64,000 nucleotides of DNA from Neocallimastix sp. 'constans' (lineage: Eukaryota). Within the stretch, counting starts at the first letter, position 1. Each line of letters starts with the position of its first letter. Below are positions 50,540 to 60,667 of the stretch, in pieces. A model generated the notes under the pieces. The model was not told the DNA's origin, ran no database searches, and saw only the letters and a list, made by a program, of their open reading frames with translations. The position numbers and the translations under genes are program-made. The stretch spans positions 620,001 through 684,000 of the forward strand of contig JBODTK010000016.1 of NCBI GenBank assembly GCA_050613775.1, written 5' to 3'.

Positions 50540-51507
50540 TAATACAGAATGAACAAATAATACTAATTGTGCTAGAATAATATAAATTATTCTAACCTTA
50601 TAGATTATTCTATTCTATATAATTGGAACTTTCCAATATTCTTCAAATATTACTAAATAGAAATCTTAAGTTAATAAATCACTAATTAACTTATAATTCC
50701 TTTTTGAATTATCGATCCGATTCCATTATAATGTATTAAAAATCTTTAGCCAAGAATATTGTCCTTGCCCACTTAATATATTAATATTATATTTCTTTTG
50801 TATTATGTTATATTGAAAATAATCAAATCTATTTAATTAGTTATTAAAATTTTCGTTATCAATTTAAATTTATTTTTAATTACTAAATTTAACTAAACCA
50901 CAATAAAATATTCTGTATAATCTCTTTATTTTTATTTTATATATATTAGTATTAAACTATTATTAAATAATTAATAATTCAATAATATATAACTACTATT
51001 TATAACAATAATATTATTAACTAAAATAATAATTCAATTTCAATTTAAATGTTTTATTTATAAAAATAATTAGTAATTAGTTTATTAAAAAAATAGTTAG
51101 GCTTTACAAATTTTAATTTGATAAAAAATATAAATACATGTAATTTTAGTGAAATAAAATATAATCAATAACTTTCTTTTTTATTAAATAAATAATTATA
51201 TTATTATTTTTCTTTTATAAATTTAAATAAATAAATATTGATTTTAAAACAAAATTATTTTTATTGTAATTTTATTATTTGTGTTAATTATTATTATATT
51301 CCTAAAATTATATGAACCATACCATGAAAAATTGGTGGAGATATCGGGGAATATAATAATAAATTAATACATTGGGGATAAAATTATAATATTAATAAAT
51401 AATTTTTCTAATAAAACAAATAATTTTTTTAAAAAACAATTTTTATATTTTTAACTAATTATTATTAATTGTTAAAAATATTAATTAATATTAAATTAAA
51501 CTAATAT

Positions 51508-51673
51508 TCGTGCATAGATTTCCGGGTTAAGTTTATCCTACATAGTAATTGGGCTAGTAGGCTCTGGACTGCTATTTTTTATATTGAAAATAGTAACCGT
51601 GGCACACGCGTGGCATGACACCTTTCAAGAGGTAAGCTGCACGTCAGACAGTGTGTACTATCAGATTGCACGA
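51508..51673 (+). ncRNA. Conserved structured leader RNA motif (A2 copy; another copy at 57741-57906)
   Basis: Same motif as 17423-17588. Confidence 0.7.
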
Positions 51674-51829
51674 TTATTATAATTTAATAAATGATTAATA
51701 ATAATAAATAATTAATAATTTTATTAGTTAAAAGATTTATTTTTTTTTAATTTTTTTTTATTTTTACTTTTTATAACAATTTATACATTACGAGGTTTAG
51801 CATTCTATAGATACAATAAATTTTATTTA

Positions 51830-52747
51830 ATGAGAACATCCAGTACTTCCAGTACTCCAACAGAGAGTACTCCAGAAAGTAAGCTTAGCTTCCGAGAATT
51901 AAAGAAAGAATTAAAAGATTTTGAAAAGCTTACTAAACAAAACCTAGACATCAATTCCTGGGCAAACGAGTTAAAGGCATGGATAAAATACCAACATATC
52001 AAGGATCCTGAAACTATTTTTACTGCTTGTATATTAACGGCTTCTGGAGAACCAAGAGAAATTATCCAAGAACTAGAAGATGGAAATGACCTTACTGAAG
52101 ATGAAGATTCTGATTTCGATAGCGATAGTGAAGGAGAAGATGATGAAGAAAGTGAATCTACTACCACCTACCCAAGCCTTGATGAAATCATAAATCATCT
52201 GAAGACTTTCTATGGACTTAAAGAAGATCAAACCAATTTGTTACGAGAATTACGTTCCATGAAAATAAAGAAGAACGAGAAAGTTAAAGATTTTAATGTC
52301 CGTTATAGATCTTTGTACCATAAATTGGATAAAAAGAGAAGAAGAAAAATTAGTGTTTTAGATTATGCAGATTCCTTAACCAATAATCCTGACGCATGGA
52401 GAAAGGTTATGCTTAAAGACCATATTTCTATTACCAAAGCGTTCGCTATAGCCGAAAAAGTTGATCGTTTATCTATTAAAAATAGTACTGAATATTATGA
52501 TAAGACTCATTACAATCTCCTTAACTCTAAAAGTAATTTTAATAAGAACATTTCAAATGATTTTAACAAACCAAAAACCCACAAAAATGTATCTATAGAA
52601 AATATCACTAACAAGATGAAAGAAATGAAAATTAGTACTTGCTGGTTTTGTAGCAATGAAGGACATACCAAACGAAACTGTCCTAAATTAAATTCTATAT
52701 TGGAAAATAACCGCAAGAAGTTTTATGAAAATCATTTAAACCACTAA
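51830..52747 (+). CDS. gag: Gag of A2
   Basis: 305 aa; CCHC knuckle CWFCSNEGHTKRNC. Confidence 0.93.
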   Translation: MRTSSTSSTPTESTPESKLSFRELKKELKDFEKLTKQNLDINSWANELKAWIKYQHIKDPETIFTACILTASGEPREIIQELEDGNDLTEDEDSDFDSDSEGEDDEESESTTTYPSLDEIINHLKTFYGLKEDQTNLLRELRSMKIKKNEKVKDFNVRYRSLYHKLDKKRRRKISVLDYADSLTNNPDAWRKVMLKDHISITKAFAIAEKVDRLSIKNSTEYYDKTHYNLLNSKSNFNKNISNDFNKPKTHKNVSIENITNKMKEMKISTCWFCSNEGHTKRNCPKLNSILENNRKKFYENHLNH

Positions 52748-52767
52748 AAGGGAGTAGAAGCACTCCC
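52735..52767 (+). promoter_or_regulatory. -1 ribosomal frameshift signal
   Basis: T TTA AAC in gag phase, followed 8 nt later by hairpin GGGAGT-AGAAGC-ACTCCC; pol is in the -1 frame. Confidence 0.85.
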
Positions 52768-55700
52768 ATCGTCAAAAAAATTGCTTCAGTCTGCCATCGT
52801 TCCAAAATAGTTGACTTAAAAGAAGATGATGATTATGAAGAAACTGCTGATTTCCAAGAATGTACTACTACGGATTATTACGAAGATTTTGATGATAAGT
52901 CGGATGGTTCCAAAGAATTGAATTACTTAGTAAACGTTATAAAGAGAAAGGCAAATCATAAAGATGAAGAGACTAGTGACCAAAGAGAAAAGAGGGTTCA
53001 CCGTAGTCTAAGAGATGATCCTAAGCCAATAGTTACTCCAGGTTTACGAAAACAAAAAGAAAATCAATTAAGGGGAACATCGCGACCAGTCAAAAAGCCA
53101 ACAACTCAATTACATCCTTCGATTATGGTTCAACCTAGAATAGAAAAAGAAAAGAGAATTGAGAAAGAGCTAAGAGATAAGGAAAGAGCTAGTACTAGTA
53201 CTTCTGTGGAAAATAATAATAATAATAGTAATGTTAATGTTATTAATGAAGAAACTTCTCAGGAAGAAAATAATTCTAAACAAACTTTAAATAAATTAAT
53301 TCAAGAAAAATCATCAGAAAAGTCAACTGAAATTATGCCAACTAGAATTCCAAGAAGAATACAAATGCAAACTGATTGTGATAGTTATGACGTGATCAAA
53401 GATTTAAACTCCAGTAATTGCAATATTACATTTGGACAATTATTGGACGTTGCTCCAAAGATACGGTCTCAAGTATCACAAGGACTTAAATTAGAAAAGA
53501 ATAATACTAAAATTTCAGGTGCAGTGGATAATATGTGTGCTACTACAATAATAACGAACAATATAGATCATACATATAAAAGTAAACATCATGAACCACA
53601 AGAAGATGATATTGCTATGGTTGATGTAATAGTAGATGGAGTTCGTGGTAAGGCTTTAATAGATTCATGTAGCAACTTAAGTATTATCACAAAGCAATTT
53701 TTAGATAAATTACCTTATCAGTATGAACCTATAGGAGTTAGTGCAGGACGAATACGTTTAGCAACAATGAATGATGATTACTCAGAAGATGTGTTAATCA
53801 AAGTTCCCGTAAAAATTAATGAACTAGAACTACTTGTTACGTGTAGAATTATAGACAAGGAGGATCCATTCTATGATATATTAATCAACCTCAAAACTCA
53901 AATTGATAACCAGTTATTTATACATCCAATTAGATATAGTCTTTGTCGATTTAATGATCAAGGTTTAATTGAAGAAATTACACCTATTAATAATGAATAT
54001 GATGACGAAGAAAAATTATTATGTGTAATCAAAGCATTGAATCACCAAGAAGCTAAGCAACAATTGAAAACGATTGAAGGATTACCACCCATAAAATATA
54101 TATATGACACAGTTTTTCAAAGTACAATTAATTCAAATTATAGAGAAGCTATTACTAAATTACTTGAAGAATATATTGATATAATTGCAACTTCTTCTGA
54201 AGAATTAACACCTTCAGATTTATCACCACACAAAATTATTCTTAAGGAAGGAGTTAAACCTATTAAACAAAAATTTTATCGACTTAGTAAATTAAAAACA
54301 GATATCTTAAAAGAAGAATTAACCAAACTCATATATAAACGATTAATTGAACCTTCATGTTCAGAATGGTCATCACCAGTAGTACTTGTGCCTAAAAAGA
54401 ACGGTAAATGGCGCCTGTGTATTGACTATAGGAAAGTAAATGAAGCAACTAAGAAGGATTCTTATTCTTTACCAAATATTGAGGAAATTTTTGATAGCTT
54501 AGATGGAGCAAAAATCTTCTCAACATTAGATCTTTATTCCGGTTATCATCAAATATTAATGGATGATGATAGTGTTGAAATCACTACCTTTACAACTAAG
54601 TTCGGAAACTACCAATTCAAGGTAATGCCCTTCGGTTTAACAGGTGCTCCAGCTACATTCCAAAGAGAAATGAACCGTATACTATTTCCCTTAATAGGAA
54701 AATGCGTCTATAACTTTATAGATGATATTTTAATCTACTCAAGAACTGAAGAAGAACACCTAGAACATCTTAAACAAGTCTTAGAAATATTCAAGGAACA
54801 TAAGTTAAAAATCAATATCGAAAAGTGTTCTTTCATGCAAACTGAAGTAGAAGTACTTGGACATAAAGTATCCTCAGAAGGTTTAAGTCCATTGGAAAAC
54901 AAAGTTGAAGCTATTAAAGAATGGAAGGCTCCCTCTAACATTCATGAACTTCGATCATTTTTAGGAGCCATTGGATATTATAGAAATTTTATTAAGGACT
55001 TTGCAAAAGTTACTGCTCCTCTCTGCACTCTATTAAGAAAAGGTATTAAGTTTGAATGGAAAAAGGAACAAGAAGAAAGTTTTAAAATTCTTAAGGAAAG
55101 ATTAATCAATGCCCCAATATTAAGATTTCCTAGATTTGATAGAGAATTTATTATAAGAACAGATGCTTCCTATGATGGAATAGGCGGTGTGCTTTTACAA
55201 AAGGATGATGAAACTGGAAAGGAGCATCCGGTTCATTATATTAGTAGAAGTTTATCTAAATCGGAAAAGAATTATGGAATTACGGATCTAGAAGGTGCCG
55301 CTCTAATTTACTGTATTAATAAATTAAAATCTTATATTATGGGAAATCCTAAGCAAACTATAGTATATACAGACCATAGACCCTTAATCGGATTACTTAA
55401 AAATAAGGAACCACAAAACTCTCGCCATACAAGATGGTGTTTGACTGTCAGTATGTTAGGAATTGATTTACGATATGAAGCTGGGAAGAATAATGTTGTT
55501 GCAGACGCTTTATCAAGAATGAAAAATGAAAAAGAAAAAGTTATCTTAACAACACAAATTATCAAAGAACAAGATGAAAACCTGCTTTCAAGAACCATTA
55601 AGGAATTTATTGAAGAAAAATTTACGACAATTGATGGTGTGGACTACTTTGTTGATGGCAATAATTATAGAAAATTAGTTACAGATACAAAAGAAAAACT

Positions 55701-56739
55701 TCAATTAATTTTTCAAGCGCACAGTATAGGACACGAAGGCTATTACAAGACATATCAACGTTTGAAAAAGAGCTACTATTGGAACAATATGGTTAATGAC
55801 ATTAAGCGAATTATAGGTAAATGTGAAAAATGTCAATTAAATAAATCTCAATCATACCCTGAACCAACGGAAGATAAACCAACTGAAGTGGAAGGACCAT
55901 TTACACACTTAGGATTGGACATTATAGGACCTCTAAGTAAAACCAGAAATAATAATCAATATATAATCGTTGTGGTTGATTATTTTACTAAATGGGTTGA
56001 GGCAGAGCCCACTGAAAATGTTACTTCTCAGGATGTGATAAAATTTTTAATTAATGTATTTGCTCGACACGGTGTACCTCAAATTATCACTACTGATAAT
56101 GGAACACAATTTACATCAGATATGACAAAAATCTTCCTTGATTTATATGATGTATATGTTAAATTTATCACTCCATATCATCCTGAAAGCAATGGTTTAG
56201 TTGAGAATCGTAATAAAGAAATTGGAAAATTATTACGATTACTAGGAAAACAACACAAAGAGTGGGATGAAATTTTACCATCTGCACTTTGGGCTTTAAG
56301 AACTACTAAAAACTCAATTACCAACCATTCAAGCTTTGAATTAGTTTATGGAAGGGAGGACCAACAACCTTTTGACATTGCTGCCAGACCAACTAAGGGT
56401 ATAAATAAGTCTTCTGACGAAATTCTACTGGAAAAATTTGTATCACACTACCAATGGGTAATGGAGGCCGCATCTAATATCAAAAATGCTTCGAAGTATT
56501 GGGCTACTAGGAGAGAAGAAAAGACCAGTATGAATCAAGCTAAAAGAATAAAACCAGGTGATTTAGTACTAGTAAGAAACTTTAATCGAACTAAATTAGA
56601 ACCTTACTTTGTTGGACCTATGAAAGTGGTAAAGAAACAATTCAATACAGTCACTTTAGCTGATCCTGCTACTAATATACAAATGAATCGTAATGTTCAT
56701 TTGAAAAATATTGTCAAGTTTAACTCAGCTTCTACCTAG
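52735..56739 (+). CDS. pol: Pol of A2 (-1 frame, PR-RT-RH-IN)
   Basis: Open from T-TTA-AAC to TAG; catalytic motifs present. Confidence 0.93.
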   Translation, partial: FKPLKGSRSTPIVKKIASVCHRSKIVDLKEDDDYEETADFQECTTTDYYEDFDDKSDGSKELNYLVNVIKRKANHKDEETSDQREKRVHRSLRDDPKPIVTPGLRKQKENQLRGTSRPVKKPTTQLHPSIMVQPRIEKEKRIEKELRDKERASTSTSVENNNNNSNVNVINEETSQEENNSKQTLNKLIQEKSSEKSTEIMPTRIPRRIQMQTDCDSYDVIKDLNSSNCNITFGQLLDVAPKIRSQVSQGLKLEKNNTKISGAVDNMCATTIITNNIDHTYKSKHHEPQEDDIAMVDVIVDGVRGKALIDSCSNLSIITKQFLDKLPYQYEPIGVSAGRIRLATMNDDYSEDVLIKVPVKINELELLVTCRIIDKEDPFYDILINLKTQIDNQLFIHPIRYSLCRFNDQGLIEEITPINNEYDDEEKLLCVIKALNHQEAKQQLKTIEGLPPIKYIYDTVFQSTINSNYREAITKLLEEYIDIIATSSEELTPSDLSPHKIILKEGVKPIKQKFYRLSKLKTDILKEELTKLIYKRLIEPSCSEWSSPVVLVPKKNGKWRLCIDYRKVNEATKKDSYSLPNIEEIFDSLDGAKIFSTLDLYSGYHQILMDDDSVEITTFTTKFGNYQFKVMPFGLTGAPATFQREMNRILFPLIGKCVYNFIDDILIYSRTEEEHLEHLKQVLEIFKEHKLKINIEKCSFMQTEVEVLGHKVSSEGLSPLENKVEAIKEWKAPSNIHELRSFLGAIGYYRNFIKDFAKVTAPLCTLLRKGIKFEWKKEQEESFKILKERLINAPILRFPRFDREFIIRTDASYDGIGGVLLQKDDETGKEHPVHYISRSLSKSEKNYGITDLEGAALIYCINKLKSYIMGNPKQTIVYTDHRPLIGLLKNKEPQNSRHTRWCLTVSMLGIDLRYEAGKNNVVADALSRMKNEKEKVILTTQIIKEQDENLLSRTIKEFIEEKFTTIDGVDYFVDGNNYRKLVTDTKEKLQLIFQAHSIGHEGYYKTYQRLKKSYYWNNMVNDIKRIIGKCEKCQLNKSQSYPEPTEDKPTEVEGPFTHLGLDIIGPLSKTRNNNQYIIVVVDYFTKWVEAEPTENVTSQDVIKFLINVFARHGVPQIITTDNGTQFTSDMTKIFLDLYDVYVKFITPYHPESNGLVENRNKEIGKLLRLLGKQHKEWDEILPSALWALRTTKNSITNHSSFELVYGREDQQPFDIAARPTKGINKSSDEILLEKFVSHYQWVMEAASNIKNASKYWATRREEKTSMNQAKRIKPGDLVLVRNFNRTKLEPYFVGPMKVVKKQFNTVTLADPATNIQMNRNVHLKNIVKFNSAST

Positions 56740-57551
56740 CTTGAGTCTTAGCGGGGGCATCTTAATACAGAATGAACAAATAATACTAATTGTGCTAGAA
56801 TAATATAAATTATTCTAACCTTATAGATTATTCTATTCTATATAATTGGAACTTTCCAATATTCTTCAAATATTACTAAATAGAAATCTTAAGTTAATAA
56901 ATCACTAATTAACTTATAATTCCTTTTTGAATTATCGATCCGATTCCATTATAATGTATTAAAAATCTTTAGCCAAGAATATTGTCCTTGCCCACTTAAT
57001 ATATTAATATTATATTTCTTTTGTATTATGTTATATTGAAAATAATCAAATCTATTTAATTAGTTATTAAAATTTTCGTTATCAATTTAAATTTATTTTT
57101 AATTACTAAATTTAACTAAACCACAATAAAATATTCTGTATAATCTCTTTATTTTTATTTTATATATATTAGTATTAAACTATTATTAAATAATTAATAA
57201 TTCAATAATATATAACTACTATTTATAACAATAATATTATTAACTAAAATAATAATTCAATTTCAATTTAAATGTTTTATTTATAAAAATAATTAGTAAT
57301 TAGTTTATTAAAAAAATAGTTAGGCTTTACAAATTTTAATTTGATAAAAAATATAAATACATGTAATTTTAGTGAAATAAAATATAATCAATAACTTACT
57401 TTTATTAAATAAATAATTATATTATTATTTTTTCTTTTATAAATTTAAATAAATAAATATTGATTTTAAAACAAATTATTTTTTTTATTATTGTAATTTT
57501 ATTATTTGTGTTAATTATTATTATATTCCTAAAATTATATGAACCATACCA

Positions 57552-58095
57552 TGAAAAATTGGTGGAGATATCGGGGAATATAATAATAAATTAATACATT
57601 GGGGATAAAATTATAATATTAATAAATAATTTTTCTAATAAAACAAATATTTTTTTGAAAAAAAAAAAACAATTTTTATATTTTTAACTAATTATTATTA
57701 ATTGTTAAAAATATTAATTAATATTAAATTAAACTAATATTCGTGCATAGATTTCCGGGTTAAGTTTATCCTACATAGTAATTGGGCTAGTAGGCTCTGG
57801 ACTGCTATTTTTTATATTGAAAATAGTAACCGTGGCACACGCGTGGCATGACACCTTTCAAGAGGTAAGCTGCACGTCAGACAGTGTGTATTATCAGATT
57901 GCACGATTATTATAATTTAATAAATGATTAATAATAATAAATAATTAATAATTTTATTAGTTAAAAGATTTATTTTTTTTAATTTTTTTTTACTTTTACT
58001 TTTTATAACAATTTATACATTACGAGGTTTAGCATTCTATAGATACAATAAATTTTATTTAATGAGAACATCCAGTACTTCCAGTACTCCAACAG
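57552..58095 (+). mobile_element. Start of a tandem family A copy sharing the A2 3' LTR (PBS, leader, first ~11 gag codons)
   Basis: Repeat of 51325-51863; PBS 57560-57577; ATG at 58062. Confidence 0.92.
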
Positions 58096-58159
58096 GAAAG
58101 TACAATTTAGTAAAGAATTATTAATAATAAAATAAAGGTTATTAATTCATTCTTTACCA
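58094..58159 (-). mobile_element. Terminal fragment of a family J LTR
   Basis: Matches ~30589-30654; followed by CAAA. Confidence 0.88.
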
Positions 58160-58163
58160 CAAA

Positions 58164-58952
58164 TGGTATGGTTCATATAATTTTAGGAATATAATAATAA
58201 TTAACACAAATAATAAAATTACAATAATAAAAAAAATAATTTGTTTTAAAATCAATATTTATTTATTTAAATTTATAAAAGAAAAAATAATAATATAATT
58301 ATTTATTTAATAAAAGTAAGTTATTGATTATATTTTATTTCACTAAAATTACATGTATTTATATTTTTTATCAAATTAAAATTTGTAAAGCCTAACTATT
58401 TTTTTAATAAACTAATTACTAATTATTTTTATAAATAAAACATTTAAATTGAAATTGAATTATTATTTTAGTTAATAATATTATTGTTATAAATAGTAGT
58501 TATATATTATTGAATTATTAATTATTTAATAATAGTTTAATACTAATATATATAAAATAAAAATAAAGAGATTATACAGAATATTTTATTGTGGTTTAGT
58601 TAAATTTAGTAATTAAAAATAAATTTAAATTGATAACGAAAATTTTAATAACTAATTAAATAGATTTGATTATTTTCAATATAACATAATACAAAAGAAA
58701 TATAATATTAATATATTAAGTGGGCAAGGACAATATTCTTGGCTAAAGATTTTTAATACATTATAATGGAATCGGATCGATAATTCAAAAAGGAATTATA
58801 AGTTAATTAGTGATTTATTAACTTAAGATTTCTATTTAGTAATATTTGAAGAATATTGGAAAGTTCCAATTATATAGAATAGAATAATCTATAAGGTTAG
58901 AATAATTTATATTATTCTAGCACAATTAGTATTATTTGTTCATTCTGTATTA
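58164..58952 (-). mobile_element. Solo LTR family A, 15 bp upstream of tRNA-Pro
   Basis: CAAA TSD (58160-58163, 58953-58956); reverse complement of 56763-57551. Confidence 0.95.
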
Positions 58953-58967
58953 CAAAACCAAAGGATT

Positions 58968-59039
58968 GGCTCAATGGTTTAGTGGTATAATTCTCGCTTA
59001 GGGTGCGAGAGGTCCCGGGTTCAATTCCCGGTTGAGCCC
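58968..59039 (+). tRNA. tRNA-Pro (AGG)
   Basis: Acceptor GGCTCAA/TTGAGCC, anticodon arm CTCGC-TTAGGGT-GCGAG, T arm CCGGG-TTCAATT-CCCGG; T-run terminator follows. Confidence 0.97.
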
Positions 59040-59860
59040 ATTTATTTTTGTTATTTTTATTAATAAAAATCAAAAATGTTGTTTTATTAATTACAGTATA
59101 TAGAAGTGATTAATATCTTTAATTTATTTTATTTTTATTTTTATTTTTTTCTTTTTTTACTTATTTCAAATGAATAATAATGTATTTTATTATTATTATT
59201 ATTATTAATTGACAAATTACTAATTATTTATACAATTTACAATATAAATATATCAAATTCATCATAATATTAATATGAATATAAAGTAGAGAAGAATGTT
59301 TATGAACATAGATAAAAAGATATATATATATATATATATATATTAATTAACAATAGCAAGTTTAATAAAAATTTATATTTATAAATTAAAAGACATAATA
59401 TATCTAAATAATTTGTTTAAACATATAAAATAAATAAAGAATAATAATAATAAATAAAAAATAATATGAATTTCTAATATATAGATATGAAATAATATAT
59501 ATATTTTTATTACAAATAATGAAGTGTTTAATTTTATCTAATTAATACATTATTATATATAGATGTATATATAATAATTATTAAAATATCATAATTTAAT
59601 ACATATTTATTTTATAATTTATTTAAGAATATGTATAAATGTTAATAATAAAATTAATTTAATTATAATTATAATGAAGAAATTTTTGAAAATATTTAAA
59701 TTTATTAAGTCATGAACTGTATATTGTATATTAAGTACAAAAATGGAAGCAACTTATAATTTTCTATGTTAATTTTGGAGTTTAATTACTTTTATTCATG
59801 CTTTATATATATATATATATGTATATAACATATGTAAATATAAAAACCTAGATAGATAAT

Positions 59861-60633
59861 TTAAAATATCAGTGATTCTGATTCAGGCCAAACTAAATCT
59901 AATTTTCATTTGTTATAATTTATTATAATAAATAATATAATTTTTGTTATTTTAGTATATATAAATCATTTAAAGTTTAAAATAATTTAATAATATACGT
60001 ATATATATTATAAATTTTATTAATTCAAACAAATTTTTTTTATTTTTTATTTTTTTTTTTCTAAACTTTTTACTATTTACATATATTATTTTTTATTCTT
60101 TATTTTTTTAATTATATTTTATCATAAACATACCACTTTCCAATACTAGGTTATAATCTGGGGAAAATATTGTATTCCATTCGTTAAATGAAATAATATT
60201 AACATCTGGTTTCATAAATTGCTCTAATTGTGTAGCAGATGGAATATAATCACTATGCTTTGTTCCTAATTCTTCTAACGTAACTTTTATCTCATCCTTT
60301 TATTAATTTATTTTTTTGTTTATTATTATAATTTTTTTATATATTTTTATATATAGAATTAATAAATGAAAAATATCATTATTATTAAAATTGTTATAAT
60401 AAAATTCAAAGATAATTTATTTATTATTATATAATTATTTGTAATTTGAGTTTTCTTATCATTAATATATTTATTAATATATATTAAAATTGATGATACT
60501 TTTGTAATTGTTGATAAAGTTTCACCTAACGAAACCAAGTTTTTAATCAAATTAAATACCTTGAATATTAATTATATATATATATTATTAATTATATTTA
60601 AAATATAAATATATATATATTAATAATATTTAA

Positions 60634-60667
<34 letters not shown>

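Larger units (their letters stand above)
50540..57551 (+). mobile_element. Full-length, apparently intact Ty3/Gypsy element, family A copy 2 (LTRs 50540-51324 and 56763-57551)
   Basis: Paired LTRs, PBS 51333-51350, PPT 56750-56762, open gag and pol. Confidence 0.97.

Noticed and set aside
14158..55598. Short antisense ORFs over gag/pol (e.g. 14158-14364, 16929-17273, 35264-35515, 49181-49480, 55332-55598)
   Set aside because: Shadow frames of real coding sequence; repetition between A1 and A2 only reflects copy identity
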